64,000 nt of DNA. It comes from SAR116 cluster bacterium AG-337-N21. GTDB lineage: Bacteria; Pseudomonadota; Alphaproteobacteria; Puniceispirillales; Marisalimonadaceae. A program made the position numbers and the translations under genes. Shown one piece after another: positions 31,809-41,433 of the stretch. Each line of letters opens with the position of its first letter. Position 1 is the first letter of the stretch. The stretch covers positions 23,995 through 87,994 of the forward strand of contig QBZZ01000003.1 in the NCBI GenBank assembly GCA_003282145.1, in the 5' to 3' direction. Below the pieces are notes generated by a model. The model was not told the origin of the DNA. It saw only the letters and a list, made by a program, of their open reading frames with translations, and did no database searches.

Positions 31809-33281
31809 ATGCAAAAAAAAGTAATAATTGTTGGTTCTGGTAATGCGGCTCTTTCTGCTGGCATAGCGGCTTTAGAAAAAGGAGCAGATGTAACTATTTA
31901 CGAAAAAGCAGATAAAACAATGGCTGGAGGAAATACAAAGTATACAGCTGGAGCCATGCGATTTGCTTATGAAAATGGCGACCAGTTAATAGATTTTCTA
32001 GAAAACCCAAATGACAAAAGGATTAAAGATACAGACTTTGGCTCTTACACCCAAGAAAAATTTGAAAAGGATTTATTAAATTTTAATGACGGTAGACCAT
32101 TAAGTCATGAGCAAAAAATATTAGTCTCTAAATCTTTAGAAACAATACAATGGCTCTCTTCTCACAATGTAAAGTTCGAACCAATTTATTCAAGACAAAG
32201 TTTTTTGAAAGATGGAAAACATATTTTTTGGGGAGGCTTAACGTTGGCATCAGAAAATGAAGGGGTGGGTTTATTTGACCAAGAACTAGACGCATTTTTG
32301 TCATTAGGTGGAAAAATTTTTTATGAAAGTCCTGTTACAAATCTTATCTTTGAAGATGGAATAGTAAAAGGTATTTATCTCAAAGAAGAGACAGTAACTT
32401 CTGACGCTGTCATTTTAGCATCTGGAGGGTTTGAGGCTAACGACGAGCTTCGAAAATCTTATATTGGTGATAATTGGCTAAAGGCGAAAGTCAGAGGAAC
32501 ACCCTATAATACAGGGGATGGTTTGAAAATGGCTTTAGAAATTGGTGCTGCAAAACATGGTTTGTACAATGGGTGTCACGCTACTCCTATGGATTTACAC
32601 ATGAAAAATTATGGTGATTTAGATTTAGAACCCAGTGAAAGAAAAAACTACAGAAAGATATGCTATTTTTTAGGAATCATGGTTAATGCAAAAGGCAAAA
32701 GGTTTTTGGATGAAGGCAAAAATTTTAGAAATTATACATATGCACAATATGGCAAAATAGTTTTAGATCAGCCGGGTCATTTTGCTTGGCAGATTTTTGA
32801 TAGTAAAGTTTTTGATTTACTTTATGAAGAATATACGTTTCATGATGCGCACTTTGTTGAGGCAGACACCATTGACGAGTTAATTACAAAAATGGATGGC
32901 GTTGATAAGATAGAAATTAAAAAAACAATCAATGAATTTAATAATTCAGTTGATATTAATACTTCTTTCGACCCAACTATTCTTGACGGAAAATCAACAA
33001 ATGGAATTGAAATTAAAAAATCAAATTGGGCACAGAAAATTGATAAAGGTCCATTTAAGGCTTTTCCCGTTACAGGAGGTATAACTTTTACATATGGTGG
33101 ATTAAAAGTAGATAAAGATGGATCAGTATTAGATACTAAAGACAATCCAATAAGTGGTTTATATGCTTGCGGAGAATTAGTAGGAGGTGTGTTTTTTAAT
33201 GGTTACCCTGGCGGGTCTGGATTAACATCTGGAGCAGTATTTGGAAGAATAGCTGGTTATGGTTCTACAAAAGAAGGATAG
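31809..33281 (+). CDS. FAD-dependent oxidoreductase, TcuA (tricarballylate dehydrogenase)-like
   Basis: GSGNAA, GGNTKYTAG, LASGGFEAN, RGTPYNTGDG, GITFTYGGL, YPGGSGLTSGAVFGR. Confidence 0.82.
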   Translation: MQKKVIIVGSGNAALSAGIAALEKGADVTIYEKADKTMAGGNTKYTAGAMRFAYENGDQLIDFLENPNDKRIKDTDFGSYTQEKFEKDLLNFNDGRPLSHEQKILVSKSLETIQWLSSHNVKFEPIYSRQSFLKDGKHIFWGGLTLASENEGVGLFDQELDAFLSLGGKIFYESPVTNLIFEDGIVKGIYLKEETVTSDAVILASGGFEANDELRKSYIGDNWLKAKVRGTPYNTGDGLKMALEIGAAKHGLYNGCHATPMDLHMKNYGDLDLEPSERKNYRKICYFLGIMVNAKGKRFLDEGKNFRNYTYAQYGKIVLDQPGHFAWQIFDSKVFDLLYEEYTFHDAHFVEADTIDELITKMDGVDKIEIKKTINEFNNSVDINTSFDPTILDGKSTNGIEIKKSNWAQKIDKGPFKAFPVTGGITFTYGGLKVDKDGSVLDTKDNPISGLYACGELVGGVFFNGYPGGSGLTSGAVFGRIAGYGSTKEG

Positions 33282-33284
33282 TCA

Positions 33285-34241
33285 ATGATAAAGCTTAAGG
33301 TTGCTGTTTTAGACGATTATCAGAATGTTGCTAATCATTTTGCTGATTGGGAAAAGCTTAGTGAAAATATAGAGCTTAAAGTTTTCAATGAATATATTGG
33401 AGATGATACTAACTTGTTAGAGAAACTTATTGATTTTGATGTTTTATGTCTGATGAGAGAAAGAACACCACTTCCTGGAATATTAATTAATAAACTTCCA
33501 AATTTAAAATTGGTGATTACTAGTGGAATGTGGAATGCCTCTATAGACTCAAAAACATTAAAAAAGAAAAATATAATTTATTGCGGTACAGAAACTAAAA
33601 TTCATTCGACAGCAGAACTAGCATGGGCACTTATTATGAATAGTTGGAGAGGATTACAGACTGAAATTCAGAATATGAAAGATGGTAATTGGCAGACCAC
33701 AATTGGAAGAGGTTTGAAGGGAAATACATTAGGTATATTTGGTCTTGGCAAGCAAGGGTTACAAGTTGCTAGTTATGCCAAAGCCTTTGGAATGAAAGTT
33801 ATTGCTTGGAGCCATAATTTAAAACAACAAGACTGTGAAAAAGTTGGTGTTGAACATGTAAGCAGTACAGATTTATTTAAAATGTCAGATATTTTAACAA
33901 TTCATACTAAATTATCTAATAGAACATTAGGCTATATTGATGAAAACAAACTAAAGTTAATGAAAAAAGAATCAGTCATTGTTAATACTAGCAGAGGGCC
34001 TATCATAAAAGAACATGATTTGATAACAGCACTAAATAACAATATTATTTCATGTGCAGCCTTAGATGTTTATGATCAAGAACCCCTTCCAAGAGATCAT
34101 ATCTTAAGAAAGACAAAAAACTTAATTCTTACCCCTCATATTGGTTACGTGTCTGAAGAAGCATATGAGAAGTTTTTCAATGGTTATTTCAAAGCAATAG
34201 AAGCTTTTATAAATAAAAAACCAACTAATCTTATTTCTTGA
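33285..34241 (+). CDS. D-2-hydroxyacid dehydrogenase family protein
   Basis: VAVLDDYQ, MRERT, GLGKQG, NTSRG, DVYDQEP, TPHIGY. Confidence 0.92.
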   Translation: MIKLKVAVLDDYQNVANHFADWEKLSENIELKVFNEYIGDDTNLLEKLIDFDVLCLMRERTPLPGILINKLPNLKLVITSGMWNASIDSKTLKKKNIIYCGTETKIHSTAELAWALIMNSWRGLQTEIQNMKDGNWQTTIGRGLKGNTLGIFGLGKQGLQVASYAKAFGMKVIAWSHNLKQQDCEKVGVEHVSSTDLFKMSDILTIHTKLSNRTLGYIDENKLKLMKKESVIVNTSRGPIIKEHDLITALNNNIISCAALDVYDQEPLPRDHILRKTKNLILTPHIGYVSEEAYEKFFNGYFKAIEAFINKKPTNLIS

Positions 34242-34259
34242 AATTATAAAAATTATCTA

Positions 34260-34277
34260 AAATCCGTTGACGGGTTT
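34260..34277 (+). terminator. Possible intrinsic terminator hairpin (overlaps a TTGACG -35-like box)
   Basis: AAATCCG-TTGA-CGGGTTT stem-loop 18 nt after the dehydrogenase stop, with only a short U tract. Confidence 0.35.
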
Positions 34278-34584
34278 ATAGACAGTTTTGTTTAAGTCCC
34301 AATTACAAACCAAGGTCACGGATAAAGTCAGTGTTGAGACGATCACAGTTTTGCTCAAACAGATGATCGATGTTCCAGTAAACAAGATATTCATGTTAAA
34401 AAAATGTGCCCCGTTATCAAAATTTCTACATTCAACTATTATAGTCTAACGTCTTGTAACTTTATCTTTAAAGTTAAAATTCTCATTAGAACAAGGACAA
34501 CGGATTAATTTTGAGGGTTATAGAATTCCGTAACATTTTATTTGTAAAATTAGATTTGGTCTTTATCACAAAATAGATAAAGGT

Positions 34585-35769
34585 TTATGAAGTGACTATA
34601 TCATTTCTACGATTTGCAAATGCGTTGGCTATTAATACATAAACCACACCTATAACGCCTCCTAAAACTATGGCTAGAGCATAATATAAGTTTTTCTTAT
34701 TATTTGTTTCAAAATCGGTTGTAGCAACTTTTACTATCGTTGCTTGAAAGTCAGTTTGATTTAAAGGGGTTTCATCAAATAATTTTATAGCTCTTTCTAT
34801 ACTCTCGTCTTGTTCTAATGTTCTTTTCTGTTTTTCCAGATCGTATAAATTTGTGATGAAAGAGGTTTTATCTTTTCTATTTTTTATTTGGTTGATTTCT
34901 TCTTCTATTGCTAGATAACCTCTTAGATAAAAAGGAGCATTAGTTTTAACATTAGTTACAAACGTATTTTGTGCATTAAACCTCTGAGAAGCAATTGTGT
35001 TTTTTGCAATATCTAGCTTTTTGGCAATAGCTGCCTGTTCATTTAAAAAAGCTAATCTATCTTTTGAGATTCTATCATAGTCTTTTTTTACGTTATCAAT
35101 TTTTATGCCTAAATCTCTAAGAGCAAATCTTTTTTTCTGGTTTTGAATTGATATTAACGTTGCAAAACGATTGATAATACTAGCTTTGACTTTTTTATTT
35201 ACTTCTTTGTCAACAAATGTAAGCAAATCTTTCCATTTATCTTTATCATAATATTTTGCACTTAATACATAATGTAGACGTTTTTCATTTTTTTCTTTTG
35301 TGGGACTTAGAACTTCAATCTCAGATGCAATTTTTTCTACAGCGTCTTTATAATCACTTTCACTTTCAAAATCATCTTTGTTAATTAGATTAAACTTATC
35401 AATGCCAGTTTCTAATAAAGAACCTTCTTCTATTCCTTCTATATATAGATTTAAGAGAGCTTCTCTCGTAATCTCAAAAATATTAAATACGTTTTCATTT
35501 TTTAATTCTTGTTTTTCATTACTCTGTTGTTTTGCAATTACTTTAAGAGATTCATTAAACAGACTATATCTATCAAATTCAACACTGGTAATAGGTTTTA
35601 TTTCAGTTGAAGCAATAAATTCTGTATCAGGAATTGCAATATTAAAGCCAATAACTGATAATAAGGAAGCAGCTACTATAGATGCAATAATCCGTTTTCC
35701 AGCCCAAACAGTTTCTATCAAACGGAGTAAATCAATTTCGTCATCATCTCTTAGAGGAACATTAGACAT
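34585..35769 (-). CDS. wzz: Polysaccharide chain-length determinant (Wzz/PCP-1 family)
   Basis: DDEIDLLRLI, N- and C-terminal TM helices, coiled coils, YLRGYLAIEEEI, LGGVIG. Confidence 0.85.
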   Translation of the reverse strand: MSNVPLRDDDEIDLLRLIETVWAGKRIIASIVAASLLSVIGFNIAIPDTEFIASTEIKPITSVEFDRYSLFNESLKVIAKQQSNEKQELKNENVFNIFEITREALLNLYIEGIEEGSLLETGIDKFNLINKDDFESESDYKDAVEKIASEIEVLSPTKEKNEKRLHYVLSAKYYDKDKWKDLLTFVDKEVNKKVKASIINRFATLISIQNQKKRFALRDLGIKIDNVKKDYDRISKDRLAFLNEQAAIAKKLDIAKNTIASQRFNAQNTFVTNVKTNAPFYLRGYLAIEEEINQIKNRKDKTSFITNLYDLEKQKRTLEQDESIERAIKLFDETPLNQTDFQATIVKVATTDFETNNKKNLYYALAIVLGGVIGVVYVLIANAFANRRNDIVTS

Positions 35770-35991
35770 TATAAATTTCCAGTATCAATCCAAAAAAATA
35801 CTTTTTAAAATAAACTCTATTAAATATAGTCAATAATACTATCGAGTTAATTTTACAATATTTAACTGTCTAAATTCGAGATTTATTTTATATTCTTATT
35901 TTATAAGAAGTGTAAGAAAAATTTTTTCAAAAGTTATTCAAAATTAAAATATATTTTTTTAAATAAAACTAATATATAAAATTTCTTAGTT

Positions 35992-36730
35992 TTATGTCCA
36001 ATTATCTAAGACCCATTGAGGGGTCTTTAATTGTTTATAAAGTTTTTTATAAATTTGTGATTTTTTGACAGGCCAGTAGCCATTAACAACGTCATCAGGG
36101 TCAGGCTTACCAGTAAAGGCTACTATAGATGTGTCTTCGGGAAGTTTTGCGGGTCTCCAAATCCTAAAAGGCCAACTAGGAAGAAGGTTATGTTTAAAAC
36201 TCTTACACCACTCAGTCGGCCAAAAAACTTGATCTTGAATTTGGGCACTTAAATAAATTTGTTCTATATGATATTTTTCTAAGTACTTTTGTGGATTTTT
36301 CTCAAATTTTTTTGAAAACTGAAGTATATTTCCCAATAGGCAACCTAAAACAACTTGTATTTCCAATATTTTGTCCTGTTTGTGTCCAATTTTCAATAAC
36401 ACAATAAGAGCCAGGGCTGAAATCAAAAAAGCGGTCTAAAGCGCCCGTTATCACTAAATCTAAATCTAAAAATAATACATCCCCATTTAGATCATCAAGA
36501 GGGTGTTGCCACAAACTCATTTTCCTCCAGGGTGTATAAGAAATAGACTCAGGCAAAGAGATTTTGGGTAGTGGTTTACATATTATATCTTTATCAACAT
36601 TTAAAGTATTGTCAGTAAAACAATAAAGTTGGGTTTTACGTTTGGTATGTTTTTTTATGGAATTATAGAGTCTATTTACATATTCATGACCATATCTCGA
36701 TCCCCATTTCATGCATATAATAGTTTGCAA
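35992..36730 (-). pseudogene. Glycosyltransferase-like gene split by a frameshift in an A7 run
   Basis: ORF 36302-36730 (CMKWG..Y, FTD, LFLDLD) continues in ORF 35992-36426 (EQIYLS, AFTGKPDP). Removing one base from T7 at 36307-36313 gives a single 245-aa frame. Confidence 0.8.
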
Positions 36731-36810
36731 TTTAAAGTCCTATATAAAAATATTAAAATAAGGAAAATAATCTATAGCATAATTAATTATTTTTATTAAT
36801 GATATAAAAC

Positions 36811-37908
36811 ATGAAAATAAATATTTTATTACCTTACAAAGAAAAATTTGATGAAAAAAAAGCTTCTTCAGTTTCAATAACAGTGAGAAATAACTTACTG
36901 CATACCAATTATTTGAATCATATTAAAATCTTTGGTCAAAATGTAAAAACGCCTCTTTTTAAAGATAATTTTGTTGGGTTAAAATATTCTATTTTATCAC
37001 TTAAAAGTAAGAATAAATTTTTAGCTCATGAAATGTTAAAAATAATTGCTAAAGATAGTGATAAAAATCAATTAATAGAAATTCACAACAGACCTTATCT
37101 TGTTGATAAAATTGCAAAAGGAAATAAATTTCCTATTAGTTGTTTTTTTCATAATAACCCTCTGTCAATGAGAGGATCAAAATCTATTAAAGATAGAGAA
37201 AATATTTTAAATAAATGTGCGGCAGTATTTTGTGTCAGTCAATTTATTAAGAACAAATTTCTAGAGGACATTAAAGAAAATTTTGAAAAAGTTCATGTGT
37301 TACACAATGGTGTTGAAAGAAAACTCACACGATTTCCAAAAAAGAAAAAAGAGGTTTTGTTTGTTGGGAGATTGGTTCCTGAAAAAGGTGTGCATTTTTA
37401 CGTTGAAGCAGTTAAAGCCCTAGCTCATAAGCACTCTGAATGGACTTTTGGCCTAATTGGCTCTTTTAAATTAGGAGATAACAAAAATAGAGATTTTTAT
37501 TCAGATACAATTATAAAAAAAATTAGGTCTGTTGGTACTCAGGCCCTATTTTATGGATTTCAAGATCAAAAATTTGTTGAAGAAAAAATGAAAAGTGCTT
37601 CTATTGTTATTATTCCATCCGTATGGGAGGAGCCTTTTGGATTAGTTGCAGCAGAAGCTATGAGCAATGGCGCTTGTATAATAGCCTCTAGAGTTGGAGG
37701 CATACCCGAAATCATAGAAAGTAATGGTATATTGATAAATAATATCAACTATAAAAAATTATCAGAAAAGATAGATTATCTAATAAAGAACGATAATTTA
37801 AGAAAAAATTATCAAAGGAAAGCTTGGAAAAATTTTAAATTTTCCTCTGACTTATCAAGCAAAAGATTAGATAATTTTAGGTTGAACATTTTATCAAACC
37901 CTATTTAG
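36811..37908 (+). CDS. Glycosyltransferase family 4
   Basis: LFVGRLVPEKG, PSVWEEPFGLVAAEAM, GGIPEI. Confidence 0.92.
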   Translation: MKINILLPYKEKFDEKKASSVSITVRNNLLHTNYLNHIKIFGQNVKTPLFKDNFVGLKYSILSLKSKNKFLAHEMLKIIAKDSDKNQLIEIHNRPYLVDKIAKGNKFPISCFFHNNPLSMRGSKSIKDRENILNKCAAVFCVSQFIKNKFLEDIKENFEKVHVLHNGVERKLTRFPKKKKEVLFVGRLVPEKGVHFYVEAVKALAHKHSEWTFGLIGSFKLGDNKNRDFYSDTIIKKIRSVGTQALFYGFQDQKFVEEKMKSASIVIIPSVWEEPFGLVAAEAMSNGACIIASRVGGIPEIIESNGILINNINYKKLSEKIDYLIKNDNLRKNYQRKAWKNFKFSSDLSSKRLDNFRLNILSNPI

Positions 37909-39178
37909 ATTCTCTCCATCCTTGAAACTGCGATATTGCAAATGCAATTGCAAACCATGTGAAAAGATTCCCCCATTGTCCATAGAAGCTGCCAAATTGT
38001 TGTAATGGAAAAAATAAAGCAAAAGGGACCACGAAAGCTGTAGCTGCCATTGGACAATTAAAATTTTCAAATCTTGCCTTATAACATGTGTTAATTATTG
38101 AGCCAAACATAACACAACCTAATAGTAATCCAACTATACCTACTTCAGCAAACAATTGTATGTAAAAATTATGAGGATGATTTCCACAATAATTTTTTCC
38201 TGGTAACCATTCTGGAAGGTTTGTATCTAAATTAGCACAAGTATTTCTGGTACCTGAGGGTCCTGCACCCATTATAGGATTAATCAATCCTTGCTGAATT
38301 CCACCACGCCAAGCACCCCAATATGGATTGTTATCAGATGTATTAGAAATAGGTATACTATTTAAAAACTTTTCTCCATATCTGCTTGATAAATCAGGGC
38401 GACTTAAAAAAAGAGCCAAAACAGCTAAAACCTCAATAAAAACTAATAACGAAATCATTATAAACTTTGGTTTCCAAACAATGCTAGCTAATATACCCCC
38501 AAATGCTCGAATAAGAAAATTAGTTCTTTCACCAGTTAAAGCAGATACACCAATAGATAATAACCCAACAATACCAGAAAACATGCCTACTTTACTTTTT
38601 TTACTGACCGCTACGGCCATTAAAACACAAAACAAAGGGAGCGAAACTTTAGCAATATAACCTCCTGGTACTAGATCCCCGTATGGCCATGTTAACCTCG
38701 TTTTAGGTTCAATAAGTGTTTCGGCAATTAAAATACCACACATTAATAGCATTCCTATTAACATGGATAGTAACATCAAAACTCTGATGTCTCTATCTTC
38801 TGCAAGCCACACTTGTGCAGCAGCTACATAGATTGGAAAGCGGATCCAAACAAACCCTTGTTGAAATGTAAAAAAAGGATCTGTACTCGTAACAGCTGAG
38901 AATAAGCCAAAAGACCACAGAGCTACCGCGCTTTTAAACCAAACTTGAGATGTCCAATCCCAATCTTTGTGTTTAATGCATCTTAATAAAAAAATTACAC
39001 TAATTAAAGTAAGCCATAAATCAGCTGGATCTCTTTCTATTAAATAAATAAATGGTCCCAACAGCCAAAAAATAGTCATGGTTTTTTCAAAGCTATTTAA
39101 GCTCTTTATTTTATTTGAACCATCTTGCCAACTTTTAGAAAAGTTAAGTTCTGGAATAGAAATATATTTAAAAATCAT
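37901..39178 (-). CDS. O-antigen ligase-family membrane protein
   Basis: Multi-TM protein with TGERT, periplasmic W...G.G motif and HPHNFYIQLFAEVG. Confidence 0.82.
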   Translation of the reverse strand: MIFKYISIPELNFSKSWQDGSNKIKSLNSFEKTMTIFWLLGPFIYLIERDPADLWLTLISVIFLLRCIKHKDWDWTSQVWFKSAVALWSFGLFSAVTSTDPFFTFQQGFVWIRFPIYVAAAQVWLAEDRDIRVLMLLSMLIGMLLMCGILIAETLIEPKTRLTWPYGDLVPGGYIAKVSLPLFCVLMAVAVSKKSKVGMFSGIVGLLSIGVSALTGERTNFLIRAFGGILASIVWKPKFIMISLLVFIEVLAVLALFLSRPDLSSRYGEKFLNSIPISNTSDNNPYWGAWRGGIQQGLINPIMGAGPSGTRNTCANLDTNLPEWLPGKNYCGNHPHNFYIQLFAEVGIVGLLLGCVMFGSIINTCYKARFENFNCPMAATAFVVPFALFFPLQQFGSFYGQWGNLFTWFAIAFAISQFQGWRESK

Positions 39179-39349
39179 TAGAACCAAAAGTTAGAGTTTT
39201 AAAATTATCTCTTTATACAGTTTATATTTAAAAACAATCATTAATATTATTACTGGTATAAACAAACTTTGGAAGAGAATAATTAGTGAGCTTATTTTAA
39301 ATTTAATGGAAGCTAGTTTATTTTATGGAAATGTTGTATTGAATAGTAT

Positions 39350-40723
39350 TTATTTTGTACCAATTTTTATATTATTTCTTATGAACCATAGACAAATTAA
39401 AGAAGGAATTACCATCAGAGTGGTAAAAATAAAAAAAACCCCCCAATCTCCATTTAGCCAATCTACAAGAGATCCCGATGACGAAGCAAGAGTTGTTCTG
39501 CCAGCAGTTCCTATAGAAGCAAGCAAAGCATATTGAGTGGCAGTATAAGTCCTATCAACCAATAATGAAATAAATGCTACAAAAGCCACAGTTGCAAATG
39601 CCGCTGTAATGTCATCAGCTATAACAGCTATTGCGAATAATAATTCAGACTTGCCATACCAAGCTAAAAATGCAAATAAAAGGTTTGTTAAAGCCATCAA
39701 TCCTCCAGCAAAGAACATTGTTTTTATTGTTCCTGCCCTCATTGCCATTAAACCGCCTAAAAATGTGAAAATAACAGTTGTTATCCAGCCAAGCCCTTTT
39801 GAGTAAATGGCAATCTGTCCTTTAGAAAATCCAATTTCTTTATAAAAAATAATAGACATACGTCCGACAAATGCTTCACCAATTTTAAATAAGAAAACAA
39901 AACCTAGTATTCCTAAAGCTATAGCAAAGCCATTTTTTTTAAAGAAGCTAATTATAGGGCCGCCTATAGTTCCTATAATGTATGAAAAGAATTTTGTTAT
40001 AAAGTTTTTAGAACCAAGTTTCCCTGCAATAATTTTATCAGTTTCTTTTTGTTTTGCTTGTCTATCAGTTTTAATAGGCTCATGAATAAACATCAAACCA
40101 ATATTCATCAATATGATTACAACTCCTAAAACCAAGAAAGTTGCTTGCCAGTAATGAGCGATACCCACATTTTCAAAATATTCTGCTGTAAATAGTGCTA
40201 CAATACCTCCTAGTTTATAACCGGTCCACCAACCAACTACGGCCATTGCAGCACCAGCAGCCATAGCTTTTCCTTCATTTTCATTGATTTGTTCAATTCT
40301 TAAAGCATCAACAGTTATATCTTGCGAAGCTGATGCTATAGCGATAACTAATCCAACAGAAATTAATAAAGCTAAGTTTTGATTTGGATTTATCAAACTC
40401 CAGATTATCAAACTTAGTAAAATTGCAACCTGCATTAAAACTATCCACCCTTTTCTGTGGCCTAGTTTTTTTGTCAAAAAAGGTATTTGAATTCTATCCA
40501 TTAATGGAGCCCATAAATAATTAAATGCGTAGACACCAAAAATTAAACCTGCCCAACCAATAGTTGATCTACTCAGTCCTTCTTCTTTTAGCCACAAACT
40601 CAAACTGCTGGCAATCAGAACCCATGGAAAACCACTTATGGCACCAAGAAGTAAAATTCTTAGCATTCTTATATCTTTGTAAACTAAAATTGATTGAGTC
40701 CAGCTTTGTTTTTTTTCTATCAT
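39350..40723 (-). CDS. ampG: Muropeptide MFS permease AmpG
   Basis: LLGAISGFP, LSLWL, YLWAPLMDR, LGHRKGW, SASQDITVDALRI, YTATQYALLAS. Probable ATG at 40723. Confidence 0.92.
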   Translation of the reverse strand: MIEKKQSWTQSILVYKDIRMLRILLLGAISGFPWVLIASSLSLWLKEEGLSRSTIGWAGLIFGVYAFNYLWAPLMDRIQIPFLTKKLGHRKGWIVLMQVAILLSLIIWSLINPNQNLALLISVGLVIAIASASQDITVDALRIEQINENEGKAMAAGAAMAVVGWWTGYKLGGIVALFTAEYFENVGIAHYWQATFLVLGVVIILMNIGLMFIHEPIKTDRQAKQKETDKIIAGKLGSKNFITKFFSYIIGTIGGPIISFFKKNGFAIALGILGFVFLFKIGEAFVGRMSIIFYKEIGFSKGQIAIYSKGLGWITTVIFTFLGGLMAMRAGTIKTMFFAGGLMALTNLLFAFLAWYGKSELLFAIAVIADDITAAFATVAFVAFISLLVDRTYTATQYALLASIGTAGRTTLASSSGSLVDWLNGDWGVFFIFTTLMVIPSLICLWFIRNNIKIGTK

Positions 40724-40815
40724 AATGAAAATAATCCAATTATTATTAATAACTTTAATCTTATTTTTTTCAAAAAAATATGTTTTTTGTTTGATCAAAT
40801 TATCTATAATTATTT

Positions 40816-41358
40816 ATGCTAAAAAATTGGTTGGTTATAAATCTTAATAAAAATTATTACTTAAAAGTTAGTAATAAAGTTTTTAGATGCCAAATAGGTG
40901 CCCTAGGTCTTAAAAACACAGCAAAAAAAGTAGAGGGTGATAAGACAACACCAATAGGAAAATGGTATTTGGAAAAATTATATTATAGATCTGATAAGGT
41001 TTTAAGGCCAAAACTAAAGAAAAAAAATCTTTTAAAAATAAATCAAATTACAAAATACTGTGGCTGGTGTAATGATATACAAAGCAATTATTACAATAAA
41101 TATATAAAAATTGATAACTTTCAATCGCTTAATAATAATTATGAAAGATTATGGCGAGAAGACAATGTTTACGACATAATAATAAAAATTTCCCATAATA
41201 CTAAACCGATAATTAAGAATAAAGGAAGTGCAATTTTTATACATTGTAGTTTTGAAGATTTTAGAGCGACAGCAGGTTGTATTGCATTAAAAAAAAGAGA
41301 TTTATTGTTTTTAATTAAAAATATTAAAAGTGAACAAAGTATTCAAATTAAAAAGTAA
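40816..41358 (+). CDS. YkuD-like L,D-transpeptidase/carboxypeptidase family protein, no signal peptide
   Basis: EGDKTTPIG, GWCND, YD, GSAIFIH...TAGC (His/Cys catalytic motif). Confidence 0.8.
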   Translation: MLKNWLVINLNKNYYLKVSNKVFRCQIGALGLKNTAKKVEGDKTTPIGKWYLEKLYYRSDKVLRPKLKKKNLLKINQITKYCGWCNDIQSNYYNKYIKIDNFQSLNNNYERLWREDNVYDIIIKISHNTKPIIKNKGSAIFIHCSFEDFRATAGCIALKKRDLLFLIKNIKSEQSIQIKK

Positions 41359-41433
41359 TATTAAAAAATATAAGACTTTACAGATTGAATTATTCAAATT
41401 AAAAGTATATTTTTTCAATAATTGGGGTTTTTA

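Noticed and set aside
34363-34449. 28-codon ORF (MIDVPVNK...) in the long spacer
   Set aside because: No RBS or recognisable motif; length expected by chance.
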